This document shows positions 8,994-19,395 of a DNA stretch of 64,000 nucleotides, piece after piece (the first letter of the stretch is position 1; each line of letters opens with the position of its first letter). Below the pieces are notes generated by a model. The model made no database searches. It was not told the DNA's origin and was given only the letters and a program-made list of their open reading frames with translations. The position numbers were made by a program, and so were the translations under genes. Source of the stretch: Clostridia bacterium (GTDB lineage Bacteria; Bacillota; Clostridia; Christensenellales; DTU072); the NCBI GenBank assembly GCA_045601385.1, contig JAZRZM010000003.1, positions 60,308 to 124,307 on the forward strand, given 5' to 3'.

Positions 8994-11900
8994 ATGTCTC
9001 GATCGGGTTTGAAAAAAATAGTTCTGTTTCTTTTGATAGCGTCTTTTTCGCTTGTTTTGTTTGCATGCGATAAAGATGTTGGGAAAACAGCCGGCTCAAC
9101 AAACGTTCTTCCTGATGAAAGCGCTTTACTCGGCGATATAAAATATACCGTTTATTTTGATTCAAACGGCGGTAGCAGCGTATCACCCGAAACGGCGGTT
9201 GCCGGTGAAACGATCCGCAAACCGTCCGATCCGACCAAAGAATATTACTCTTTTGCCGGTTGGTATCTCGATCGCCTTTTTGCAAAAAAATGGGATTTCG
9301 CAAACGATGAGGTTACCTCTACTTTCACTTTGTACGCGAAGTGGACTCCGAAAGAAAAAATGGTTGTTCATGACGACCGAGTCAAACTCGATTTGCGCAA
9401 AAAAACTTTATCCGTTACTTTACCGAGCGATGTTTCTTCTTTTGACCTGACCGGAAAAATTATGCTCGAAAACGATAATTATTTCTTTGTCGTCTGTTCC
9501 GATAAAAATTGTTCGGAAGAACTGTTTTTGAGCGGTAAAGCGTCATTTGAAAATTTGAACTATGGGCAAAACACCTTTTATTTGAAAATTTGTAATCATG
9601 ACGGTACCTTTGTCGACAGTTTTTCTTTGTCGGTCTATCGTATTCCTGTTTATACCGTACGTTTCTTCGGACGCGATAATGAAGAATTATTTTCGGCAAC
9701 CAAATCGGAAGGAGAAACGGTAACGCCTCCCGATTACGAACCGCTCGGATATTTCGTTACGTCCTGGTACGATCCCGATACCGAAAAACAATACGACAAA
9801 CGCAAAAACATTGAAGTAAAATCCGATCTGACGCTCTACGGGAATTATGAACCTGCCGTTTATTCGATCTCTTTTAACGCCAACGGCGGTCAACCCGTTT
9901 CGCAAAAAATAAACGTTTCTTTCGGCAGTAAATTTGTTTTTCCGAGCACTACCGCACAAGGAAAGTATTTTCTCGGTTGGTATACCGAAAACGGTGCGGA
10001 AATAACGGGCAGTAACGGCGTCGGTATTGCCGCGTGGCACTACACCGACGTTACGACGGTTTATGCCAAATGGGGCAATATCCCTTACACGATTACCGTT
10101 ACCCGTTCGGTTGACGGCGTTATTGATGCTACCTTTAATAACGGTAATGCGGAAGAAAAAATCAATACGGACAGTTCGTCTTCCGTTGCGCTGAACGCTT
10201 CCCATGATTTTTCAAAGGTGAATAATGACGGTTCCGAAACCGTTTTTTATGTTTTTAACGGTTGGTATATCCTTTCGCCCGATTCTTTTGTTACATTATC
10301 CAAGACGTGCGTTGTATCGGACTTGCTCGGTTCTGTCTCTTATCAGCAACGTTGGAGTACGATTACGGTTAAAAATATTTGTCGAAACGACAATGAACCG
10401 GTTAACGCCGCTGTTTCCGCTTCTCTCGACGCCGTTTCCACCGGGAAAAAGATGACGATAGCGGCTCTTTGCGACGATTATATTCATTCGTTTTATTCAT
10501 GGAATTCTTCGGAAAAAACCGATGTTATATTGGAAATTACTTGCACGAGAGAACCTATGATTCTTTCTTGTTATTGGACGGAATACAGTGTGGTAGTCAA
10601 TACGGGCGCGATGGACGGGAAAGATGACTTTTTATGGAATATTTCGGTTAGTAACGACAAAAATGAAGCGGTTCTTCCCATCGGAAACCGATATCCCGTT
10701 GTATCCGGCAAAAAATATGTTTTTTCGGCAACGCAGGCGACGGACAATTCGTATACCTTTTCGGGCTGGAAAATCGGCGACGAAACGGTCGAACAAAAAA
10801 ATGTTTTTTCAATGACGGTGATCGACGACTGCGAATTATTGCCGACCTTTATTCCCCGTCCTCTCGTATTGGATTTCGATCACGCAAAAGCCGATGTGAC
10901 AGTCAATTATCACGACAATTATTGCGGAACAAACTTTGAAATCAACGTTTCTCCGTATACGAATTGCTATTATGCCGGCGCATTTTCCGACGAGGATTAT
11001 ACCGAACGTTATACCGATTCCGTTATTCCCGTTTCCGCGAAAAATGTATATCTGAAAATAATCGACCTTCCCGTGTCCGTTTCCGTCAATATGCCCGGAG
11101 CGGGGAGTATAACTTATTTTGTCAACGAAAAAGAGGCGGCTTATTCATCATTCGGTAAAAAAGTCAGTCTCGTCGGAACGGATTATACCGACAGCCTTTT
11201 TATGGAAGCAAAAACCAATAACGGTTACGTTTGGTTGGGGTGGTATTATAGGACGAACGAAACGGACGAATGGAATCTTTGGACGCTTCAAAACGTTTTA
11301 GATTGGAAATTGGTCGATAAACCGTACTTTTTCCGCGCAACCTGGAAAAAAATAGCCGAAAGCATTCAGGTCAAGACGCAACTTGTAGAATATACGGATG
11401 AAAACAAAACCGCTTTTACCGTCTCGGAAATAAACGGAACGGAGTATGGTACGGCGGGGTTCAATACGGTTTTACAGGGAAACGGCACCGAGTATATTTA
11501 TCTCAATGCGACGATTAACGGCGGTTATATCTTTGAAGGTTGGTTCGTGCAGGAAAGCATATTCGATATCGATAATGCGGAAACGTATTCTACCGGTAAA
11601 GAACTGCTTTTATCGTGCGATATATGTTGTAATGTTAACCTTTCAAAAACGGTGGGAACCTATGACTTCTCGACGCTTACGGCAAGGTATTCTCCCTTTG
11701 ACAGCGATATAATGGCGTTTTATAAAGAAAAAACGACCGATAACGTAACCGAAGACGTTATGAACGATACACCCTTTGTTTACGAAGAATCGCTCGGGAA
11801 AGCGATAATATACGGTTTTTACTGCGAAAATACCGACAATGCAACCAAAGCGGAAAAACCGTATGTGCTCCGTATTGAACTGACCGTAGAGACGTATACG

Positions 11901-14900
11901 ACCACCGGCATTGTACCGACTGTTTTTAATCATATTGCTTTTGCGCACAGCAGCAAAATCATCGGGCAAGATACCGAAGGACTGATCTCGGAAAAAAGAA
12001 CGGAAAATAAGGTCATATATACGTTTGATTACGACCGTTTGCCGAAAGGAAATGTAAATCAAGACGATGGGCTCACCATTCCGCAACAATACAAAGTCAT
12101 CTGGGAAACCCCGGACGACAACATGATTACTTCGCTTGGCAACGCGACGCCCGAGGGAGGAAATATCGGTACATTTGCCTACGGCGATAACGTCGTATTC
12201 ATCGCCGTGCCGAATAACGGGTATCTTTTCCGCTATTGGGAACAAGTTCACCGTTCTACACAGGGGATAGTACTCGCCACCAACAAAATCACCGAAAGCA
12301 GTTTTCAGATGTCGGGTGTATATTACGACTCGTTTACCGCGTATTTTACGCCGATCGGAACGCTGACGGAATCGTTAAAATTGACTTCCAATATCGAGGA
12401 AGCCGGCACAACGTTTTTGTCGGGTTATACCATTCCCGATTTATACTCCGATGAAGAAACGCTCCATATTGATATATCGGCAAAAACAAACGACGGTTAT
12501 TCGTTTATCGGTTGGTTCGATGAAGACGACGTATTGATTCACACTTCACAGGATTTTTCCTTTGAGACGCCGTCCCTTGCCGATTATTTCGGTGCAAACG
12601 CTCATGTGCTCTATACCGCAAAATGGCGCGAGGTGAGCGCCGACGTCCTATTCGACTTTGCGACCGATTATTCCGTAACCGGTTATGTCGATAAAGACGG
12701 AGCGACTTATTTTTCCGTTGTTCCCGTGACTGAAAACGGTTTTTCTTATCGCGGAAAAACGATAGGATATTATAACGGGTATAATTTTGACGGTTGGTTC
12801 GACGAAAATAACAAATCGTATTCGGCGGATTATTTTGCTTTGAATAAAATTTCCGACGTAAAAGATAATTATATCGCTTCTTGGAGCAAATTCGAGTACG
12901 ATATCAAGACGTATGTAAACGATGAAAGATTCGGAACGGTAACGTATGCTTTTTATAACGACGAAACGACAGTAAATCTTGTATTTCATGCAAATCCGAA
13001 TCCCGGTTATGCTTTTTACGGCTGGTACAATGCCGACAACAGCGATAATATCAATAACTTAAAAGGCTACGAACAAGACTACGCTATTCTGTATTCGAAA
13101 AACGGCTTGGTCAGCGAAACGTTCGCAAGTTATGTTTCGGATGGTATTTTGTCTTTCTGCGCTCGTTTTGAATCTATTTCTTCGGCAATATCCGTTACGG
13201 CGTCGCGTTTGGAAACGATGACCGTCGGTACGCCTTCTTATTACGGCGTACTTTCCAAAGAAGGTACCGGAATATCTTTGCAAGTATACTTTGAAGCCAA
13301 TCCTCTGAACGGTTTTTCTTTCGCAAATCTTTCTTACGCTCTCACGCAAAACGGAAGCGCTGCCGATAACGGTTCTTCCGAAGATATACATTGGGTTTAT
13401 AAAATCGAAGACTTCGATGAAACTTCGACGAGACTTGCCGTCACTTTTACATACGCGAAACCGAGCGTTACCGTCATAAATTCTTCTTCGGAATCCGGAG
13501 ACGTGTATTATTACGGTTTGCCCGATAATTCGGTTACAATAGAAATTACGCCGCATAGCAATTATGTCTTTGCGTCCATTCAGAAAGGAGGCAATATCCT
13601 TCGATTTAACGATGAGGGTGCGACTTGGCGTATCGACGCAAATAAATTGGTTGTCAATATCGCACAGCAAGAAACGGGTTCGGTTTATACCGTTCATTGG
13701 AAATCATTATGGCAAATATGTATCGACAGAATAGCCGTTTCCGAAAAAATCGACGATATTTTCATGGAAAAAACGGGCTATATCCAAAAAATAACATACA
13801 AAAACGGTCAGAGTCGCGCCGCGGAAACCATACGTCTCTCGGCGGAGCATGCGGATGATCTGCAATTTATCGGTTGGTATAAAAAACAGGTCTATGATCC
13901 GAACGCCGAAGAAATACTTTATGAAAAACTGTTTTCTTCCCATATGTCCGTTTATGACACGTTCTTGCCCGAACAAAACGTCGATTATTTCACGCGGTGG
14001 GGAAAATACACAATTCTTATCAATAACGAAGAAGATATCGACATCAACTATAAGCATTCTCCGACCGATTTTGATACGATTGACTACAAAGCAAAAGTTT
14101 CTTTCGACTTGAATCAATCATATTTAAGCGGAACGAACGATTATTTTATATCCGATATTGTCCTTTGTGAACTCGATTATCGGGATATAACGTTTTTGAA
14201 CGGTCTTACCGAAAACGGTTACGAATATTCCGACTTTGATCTGAATCGGGGAGAAGGGGGAAAATATCTTATTCTCGCATGGAAACGTTCTAAATCGGGT
14301 ATACCTATCACTTCCCTGTATCTATCGGACAAAGATTCCGCACAAGCGCAAGAAACGGTCGTTACCGTTTTGTCTTCCGACTATAAAAAATCAGGCAAAA
14401 AAGCCAATCTGAATGAAAAAACCGGTGCCGAACCGCTTTATCTTATTTATTCTACCAATATAAACGAGGGCTTGCCCATAACGGAAATCGGTATTGTTTC
14501 AGATGGAAAGAATCTTGATTTTATCGGTCACTATGATTTTGTAGGCGGTACGCTTCAAAACGTTTGGTACGATAAAGCGGACGTTACGCCTTTATCGGAT
14601 AAATCCGAGACGTATTTGGTTTTCAGACGTCAAATGACCGCTCCTGCTCAAACCGATCTGTCTTCCGTGCAGACGCAGACCGTTTCTTTGACGAATTCAC
14701 TGTATTTTCCGACATCGTGCGCTTTTGACGGCAATGCGCCGCAAAACACAATATTCGGCGGTTGGTATACATCTGCCGACTGTTTGACTCCGTTTGATTT
14801 TTCCGATTATGTCTTTGCCGATCAAACCGTATATGCCAAGTGGTTTTCTTTGGTGGATTACGACGCGACTTCAAACGATATCATCACAATCGACGGCAAA

Positions 14901-16856
14901 GAAAAATCTTTGCCCGTCAATAACGCACGTTTGTTTTTTGTCGGTTTATACGATCATGCCTCTTATCGTCTTGTTATTCGCCAACAGGACGATCTTGTTT
15001 CGTCTCATCTTGTCGTTTATGACGTAACAACCAAGAACAGAGTCGTGTTTTCTACCGACGTAATCGGGAGAGGAGATCAAGTTTTCTTTATAAACGATAT
15101 TTTGTACGGACACTTGTATCAGATTTCCATGAGTACCGTATCTTCCGAAACGAAAGGCTCTTTTACGGCAAAACTGTTCGGCGCTTTGTCTCCGGAAGGC
15201 GGCTTGTTCTATAATTATTTACCGATCGGCTATGACTTTATCGCCGAAGCGGTGACGCCCATCGGAGAAACGTTTACCGGCTGGCTGGACGAATCGGAGG
15301 AATTAAAATCGATATCGAACGAACTTGCGGTGGACGATACTATTGCCCCGACGGACGAAAGGTATCAAAAATATACCGTTTATGACAAAAAAATTGTTAT
15401 TCCGCGTGAAAATATAACCGAAAATCAATATCTGAAACCGACAAAAACATTTTATTCGATCGATATTGTCAATACGGTATCGACGCAAATCGGAGACATA
15501 TCTTTTTCGACGGATCGGTTTGAAGTGGGGACGGTTGTTACGCTCACGGCTTCTTTGAGAAATTTGAAATATAAATTCAACGGTTGGTATTTGTTCGACG
15601 CCGAAAACGGAACGACTTCTTCCTTGCCCGAATCGACGGTTAATTCCGAAACGTACCGTTTTGATGAAATTCTTTATCGGTTCGTTATGATCGAAGAAAG
15701 TAAAACGATCGTAGCCAAATGGGAGTCGTCGGCTTATACGAAGTACTCCGTTTCTTATGTAATGACAACAATAGACGGCAATGCGCCTGTCAATAACGTA
15801 CGAAACGTAACCGAATTTTATTACGATGAAGAAGACGCCAATACGGCTGTCCCGATTACCTTATATGCACCGACAAGAACGCAAAAATCGGGCGAGGAAA
15901 CAGGTTATTACGTCTTTAAGGGTTGGCAACTTGCCACCGGTGAAATCGTCGATTTTATCGATCCCACGCAAGCAAGCAAGATATGCGACAGAAACAATAC
16001 GATTACTTTGACGCCATTATGGGGAGATGTGCTTTGTCATGTGGAAATACTGAAAGATCAAGACGGATCGGGCTATATCTATCTCGGTCATTATCCTCAA
16101 ACAAGAATTGACGAAGATACTTCGGCGATCGAGTATGCCAACATCAATCCGAACGTATCGGACGACGGATATTATTACAGTCTCGACGCTTCGCCGAAAA
16201 AATATATCCGTGCCGAAATCGACGGAAAATATGTCTATTTCCGCTTCGATCCCATTCGCTGGAATATCGTAAAAACGGAATATGGAAAATATACTTTACA
16301 AACACAAAAAGTTTTGTTCCCGTATTACTTTAATCTGACCTCGGTCGCCAATGGCAATAATTGGGAGTCAAGCAGTGTGAGAAATTATCTGAATACGCAA
16401 TTCTTATCGGAAAAATACCTATATTTTTCCAAATTCGAATATAACCTTATCAGACAGTTCGCAACGATTGTTCCCAACGATATTTCGATGGGATATCCCG
16501 ATTTTAACGACATATACGCTTATCCTTGGTGTATGCAGGGTAACACAAAAGACTATATGTATCTGTTTTCTTATAAAGAAATTGTCGATAATCAACTTGG
16601 GTTTTTATCGAAACCGACCGAAGATGTTTCTCGCAGAGCGCTTCTTACCGATTATGCTCAATATCTCGGAGCAAAATATATCGAGATTGACGGCAAAAAG
16701 TATGCATACTATATGTTACGTTCGCCTGCCGACGATTCGGCAACGGTTATGATCGTCGATCCTTACGGTAAAGTCTTGTGGGATGAAAACGTGGCGTATC
16801 CTTTCTATGGCGTTCGTCCCGTTATGCAAATATTTGCCGAAACAAAAGAGGAATAA
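8994..16856 (+). CDS. Giant (2620 aa) cell-surface lipoprotein with about 17 Listeria-Bacteroides (Flg_new) type repeats and a DUF6273-like C-terminal domain
   Basis: Signal peptide plus lipobox (LVLFAC). Canonical repeat YTVYFDSNGGSSV..GETIRKPSDPTKEYYSFAGWY..TLYAKW. I count 17 [FWY]-x-[GSY]-W repeat cores (FAGWY, FLGWY, FNGWY, FSGWK, FEGWF, FIGWF, FDGWF, FYGWY, FGGWY, FTGWL, FKGWQ and others). The C-terminus (YIYLGHYPQTRI .. YYMLRSPADD .. FYGVRPVMQI) resembles DUF6273. Confidence 0.85.
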   Translation: MSRSGLKKIVLFLLIASFSLVLFACDKDVGKTAGSTNVLPDESALLGDIKYTVYFDSNGGSSVSPETAVAGETIRKPSDPTKEYYSFAGWYLDRLFAKKWDFANDEVTSTFTLYAKWTPKEKMVVHDDRVKLDLRKKTLSVTLPSDVSSFDLTGKIMLENDNYFFVVCSDKNCSEELFLSGKASFENLNYGQNTFYLKICNHDGTFVDSFSLSVYRIPVYTVRFFGRDNEELFSATKSEGETVTPPDYEPLGYFVTSWYDPDTEKQYDKRKNIEVKSDLTLYGNYEPAVYSISFNANGGQPVSQKINVSFGSKFVFPSTTAQGKYFLGWYTENGAEITGSNGVGIAAWHYTDVTTVYAKWGNIPYTITVTRSVDGVIDATFNNGNAEEKINTDSSSSVALNASHDFSKVNNDGSETVFYVFNGWYILSPDSFVTLSKTCVVSDLLGSVSYQQRWSTITVKNICRNDNEPVNAAVSASLDAVSTGKKMTIAALCDDYIHSFYSWNSSEKTDVILEITCTREPMILSCYWTEYSVVVNTGAMDGKDDFLWNISVSNDKNEAVLPIGNRYPVVSGKKYVFSATQATDNSYTFSGWKIGDETVEQKNVFSMTVIDDCELLPTFIPRPLVLDFDHAKADVTVNYHDNYCGTNFEINVSPYTNCYYAGAFSDEDYTERYTDSVIPVSAKNVYLKIIDLPVSVSVNMPGAGSITYFVNEKEAAYSSFGKKVSLVGTDYTDSLFMEAKTNNGYVWLGWYYRTNETDEWNLWTLQNVLDWKLVDKPYFFRATWKKIAESIQVKTQLVEYTDENKTAFTVSEINGTEYGTAGFNTVLQGNGTEYIYLNATINGGYIFEGWFVQESIFDIDNAETYSTGKELLLSCDICCNVNLSKTVGTYDFSTLTARYSPFDSDIMAFYKEKTTDNVTEDVMNDTPFVYEESLGKAIIYGFYCENTDNATKAEKPYVLRIELTVETYTTTGIVPTVFNHIAFAHSSKIIGQDTEGLISEKRTENKVIYTFDYDRLPKGNVNQDDGLTIPQQYKVIWETPDDNMITSLGNATPEGGNIGTFAYGDNVVFIAVPNNGYLFRYWEQVHRSTQGIVLATNKITESSFQMSGVYYDSFTAYFTPIGTLTESLKLTSNIEEAGTTFLSGYTIPDLYSDEETLHIDISAKTNDGYSFIGWFDEDDVLIHTSQDFSFETPSLADYFGANAHVLYTAKWREVSADVLFDFATDYSVTGYVDKDGATYFSVVPVTENGFSYRGKTIGYYNGYNFDGWFDENNKSYSADYFALNKISDVKDNYIASWSKFEYDIKTYVNDERFGTVTYAFYNDETTVNLVFHANPNPGYAFYGWYNADNSDNINNLKGYEQDYAILYSKNGLVSETFASYVSDGILSFCARFESISSAISVTASRLETMTVGTPSYYGVLSKEGTGISLQVYFEANPLNGFSFANLSYALTQNGSAADNGSSEDIHWVYKIEDFDETSTRLAVTFTYAKPSVTVINSSSESGDVYYYGLPDNSVTIEITPHSNYVFASIQKGGNILRFNDEGATWRIDANKLVVNIAQQETGSVYTVHWKSLWQICIDRIAVSEKIDDIFMEKTGYIQKITYKNGQSRAAETIRLSAEHADDLQFIGWYKKQVYDPNAEEILYEKLFSSHMSVYDTFLPEQNVDYFTRWGKYTILINNEEDIDINYKHSPTDFDTIDYKAKVSFDLNQSYLSGTNDYFISDIVLCELDYRDITFLNGLTENGYEYSDFDLNRGEGGKYLILAWKRSKSGIPITSLYLSDKDSAQAQETVVTVLSSDYKKSGKKANLNEKTGAEPLYLIYSTNINEGLPITEIGIVSDGKNLDFIGHYDFVGGTLQNVWYDKADVTPLSDKSETYLVFRRQMTAPAQTDLSSVQTQTVSLTNSLYFPTSCAFDGNAPQNTIFGGWYTSADCLTPFDFSDYVFADQTVYAKWFSLVDYDATSNDIITIDGKEKSLPVNNARLFFVGLYDHASYRLVIRQQDDLVSSHLVVYDVTTKNRVVFSTDVIGRGDQVFFINDILYGHLYQISMSTVSSETKGSFTAKLFGALSPEGGLFYNYLPIGYDFIAEAVTPIGETFTGWLDESEELKSISNELAVDDTIAPTDERYQKYTVYDKKIVIPRENITENQYLKPTKTFYSIDIVNTVSTQIGDISFSTDRFEVGTVVTLTASLRNLKYKFNGWYLFDAENGTTSSLPESTVNSETYRFDEILYRFVMIEESKTIVAKWESSAYTKYSVSYVMTTIDGNAPVNNVRNVTEFYYDEEDANTAVPITLYAPTRTQKSGEETGYYVFKGWQLATGEIVDFIDPTQASKICDRNNTITLTPLWGDVLCHVEILKDQDGSGYIYLGHYPQTRIDEDTSAIEYANINPNVSDDGYYYSLDASPKKYIRAEIDGKYVYFRFDPIRWNIVKTEYGKYTLQTQKVLFPYYFNLTSVANGNNWESSSVRNYLNTQFLSEKYLYFSKFEYNLIRQFATIVPNDISMGYPDFNDIYAYPWCMQGNTKDYMYLFSYKEIVDNQLGFLSKPTEDVSRRALLTDYAQYLGAKYIEIDGKKYAYYMLRSPADDSATVMIVDPYGKVLWDENVAYPFYGVRPVMQIFAETKEE

Positions 16857-16858
16857 AA

Positions 16859-17593
16859 ATGGATAAAACAGAACAACTGGCACAATTTATCAACGAAAGT
16901 CAAAAAATAGCGGTTTTTTCGGGCGCAGGTATCAGTTGCGACAGCGGTATTCCCGATTTTCGTTCGGAAAATGGATTATATAACTGTAAAAACGGTTATT
17001 CTTTTGCGCCGGAAGAAATTATATCGCATCCTTTCTTTTTGCGCTATCCGGATATTTTTTATGATTTTTACAAAAGTAAGATGGTCTTTCCGGATGCTAA
17101 ACCGAACTATGCACATTTGTTTTTCGCAAAATTAGCCGAGAAAAAAGACGTATCCATTATTACGCAGAATATTGACGGGCTCCATTCGATGGCAGGCAAT
17201 AAAAAGGTATACGAATTGCACGGTTCGATTTATCGCAATTACTGTACAAAATGTAAAAAATTCTTTTCTTTATCCGATTTAATGCAAACCGAATCGGTGC
17301 CGAAATGCGATATTTGCGGCGGAATCATTAAGCCGGATGTCGTTTTGTATGAAGAACCTCTGAACGCGCAGATGATTGACGGCGCAATAGACTCGATAAC
17401 CGGTTGCGATTGTCTTATAGTATTGGGAACATCGCTTGTCGTGCAACCGGCGGCGAGTTTTGTCGATTTATATCGCGGTAATCGCTTGGCTCTTATCAAC
17501 AAACAAAACACTTATCTCGACAGCAGAATGAATCTTATTTTTAACGAAGATATTACTACCGTTCTGAAAAGAGTAGAACCTTTATTGAAATAG
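16859..17593 (+). CDS. cobB: NAD-dependent protein deacylase, short Sir2/CobB-type sirtuin
   Basis: GAGISCDSGIPDFRS, TQNIDGLH, catalytic ELHGS, Zn ribbon CTKC..CDICGG, GTSLVVQPAA. Starts 2 nt after the giant gene stop. Confidence 0.9.
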   Translation: MDKTEQLAQFINESQKIAVFSGAGISCDSGIPDFRSENGLYNCKNGYSFAPEEIISHPFFLRYPDIFYDFYKSKMVFPDAKPNYAHLFFAKLAEKKDVSIITQNIDGLHSMAGNKKVYELHGSIYRNYCTKCKKFFSLSDLMQTESVPKCDICGGIIKPDVVLYEEPLNAQMIDGAIDSITGCDCLIVLGTSLVVQPAASFVDLYRGNRLALINKQNTYLDSRMNLIFNEDITTVLKRVEPLLK

Positions 17594-17596
17594 GAC

Positions 17597-19393
17597 GTGG
17601 AAAAGATGAATAAGAATAAAAAACGGCTTTTGATCTTTTTACTTGCTTCTTTGCTGATTTTTACAATCGGTGTTTTTTCCGTTTCTTGCACGGAAAAGGA
17701 GGAAGAAAACCGTCCTACCGTTTTTGCGGTAGCGTCCGATATACATCTTTTTGCAAATTCTTTTTTAACAAAGGACAACGTTGATTTTTATTCGTGGCAA
17801 GACAAGATGATCCATTTGTCCGAACCGCTTTTCAAGACTTTTGCCGATAGAATCATAGCGGAGAAATACGATTTTTTGATTATTACGGGCGATTTAACCG
17901 AAAAAGGGGACGAGACGTCACATCTTGTCGTTGTCGAAACCCTTCGCCAAATAGAACAAGCGGGGACGGAAGTATTCGTTATCAACGGGAATCATGACGT
18001 TATGAATAACGAGAGCAAGAAAAAAACGGCAATAACGCAGAAAAAATTTGCGGAATTATATGCGGAATTCGGATATAATCAGGCTATATCCGTTTGTTCC
18101 GAATCGTTAAGTTATTCCGCCGATCTGAATGAAGAATACCGTTTAATTGCCGTTGATAATATATCGTATTATATCGACGGCACGCAGGATTATCCGAAAG
18201 ACGAATTGACGGAAGAAGATCGACTCTGGATATACGAGCAAGTCGAACAGGCTTTTATCGACGGAAAAGAACCCGTATTCGTCGCTCATAAACCTTTCAT
18301 GTTTCATTTTCCCGAGATAGTAAAACTGGTACGCGACGATTACAGTACAATGGCGCAGGCGTATGAACGTTTTTATACTTTTTTCAGAGATTCCGACGTA
18401 AATCTCGGTTTTGTCGGGCATAATCATATAAATGACGCTTTGTCGTACGGCAGTTTTACCGAAATACAAACGGGCAGTTTATGTTTCTATCAACCGAGTT
18501 ATCGAGAAATAACCTGTTCCGAAAACAGTTTTGACATAAAAACAAAATCAATCGGTTGCCCCGACAAAAAATATATTTCAGATGTTTTGTCCGATAAGAC
18601 GCTTTCGGAAATAAACGATGATTTTGCAGGATACACCGAAAAGCATTTTTCACAAACACTTCTTTCGCTTTTACAGAACTACAAAAAAAGTTTGATTGAC
18701 GATAATCTGTCTTTCCCGGCAGAGTATCAACCGATCAAATCGGCGATAACGACGGTGTTTGATCGTATCCTTTTTGCACCTATATATAATAAGGATAAAG
18801 GACAGGGGAGCGACGCGACAATGCAAGAAATACTTTCTTTATATGGCGTTACTATTCCCGAGACCGGTTACAATACGCTTGCCGACGTTATTGTTTCCAT
18901 GATCGGAGGACTGATCGGCGGAGACGAAAATTTCAATTCGTCCATAGAAACCGAATTGATCACTTATGCCGTTTATTGCGCGTTATACCGTTTGAATCAA
19001 TTTTCGGAAACGCTTTCTTCTTTGCAAGGCGCACCGCAACTTTCGTTGAATCTCGATGAAGTTTTTTCTACCGGAATTCTCGAATGTTATGAAAGCAACC
19101 TGATGCCGTATTTTGTATATGCCGTAGACAAAATGGATATAAACGGTTTGATAAAAAATATTGTGGCAAGTCTCGAAAACAGTTTTGAGATGATCGAAAA
19201 CGTTTCGGGGTTTATCAATGTGTTTTTGGACGGTATCGGAGACAAACTGAACGAATCGATTTCTTTATATACAATAGACTTAAAAGATTTTATCGATAAA
19301 GTCATTTTTTCGGGCATATTATCGGATTTAATTGAAGATAAGATGCCCGCCGATCTGTTTTTATCGGTAGAAAGGACATATTCGGCGGAATAA
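17597..19393 (+). CDS. Lipoprotein metallophosphoesterase (calcineurin-like) with a helical C-terminal extension of about 300 aa
   Basis: Signal peptide plus lipobox (FSVSC). Full MPE motif set VASDIHLF, ITGDLTEKGD, VINGNHD, FVAHKP, GFVGHNH. The remaining roughly 300 aa have no motif I recognise. The ATG at 17606 is an alternative start to the GTG at 17597. Confidence 0.85.
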   Translation: MEKMNKNKKRLLIFLLASLLIFTIGVFSVSCTEKEEENRPTVFAVASDIHLFANSFLTKDNVDFYSWQDKMIHLSEPLFKTFADRIIAEKYDFLIITGDLTEKGDETSHLVVVETLRQIEQAGTEVFVINGNHDVMNNESKKKTAITQKKFAELYAEFGYNQAISVCSESLSYSADLNEEYRLIAVDNISYYIDGTQDYPKDELTEEDRLWIYEQVEQAFIDGKEPVFVAHKPFMFHFPEIVKLVRDDYSTMAQAYERFYTFFRDSDVNLGFVGHNHINDALSYGSFTEIQTGSLCFYQPSYREITCSENSFDIKTKSIGCPDKKYISDVLSDKTLSEINDDFAGYTEKHFSQTLLSLLQNYKKSLIDDNLSFPAEYQPIKSAITTVFDRILFAPIYNKDKGQGSDATMQEILSLYGVTIPETGYNTLADVIVSMIGGLIGGDENFNSSIETELITYAVYCALYRLNQFSETLSSLQGAPQLSLNLDEVFSTGILECYESNLMPYFVYAVDKMDINGLIKNIVASLENSFEMIENVSGFINVFLDGIGDKLNESISLYTIDLKDFIDKVIFSGILSDLIEDKMPADLFLSVERTYSAE

Positions 19394-19395
19394 CT

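Noticed and set aside
16859-17593. Sir2 protein as an anti-phage defence effector (Thoeris ThsA, DSR, SIR2-HerA, Lamassu-type)
   Set aside because: It is a 244-aa stand-alone sirtuin with an intact Zn-ribbon and deacylase motifs. It is not fused to SLOG, TIR, helicase or large sensor domains, and no TIR, HerA, pAgo or SMC-like partner is nearby. The neighbouring MPE is an exported lipoprotein, not a cytoplasmic nuclease.
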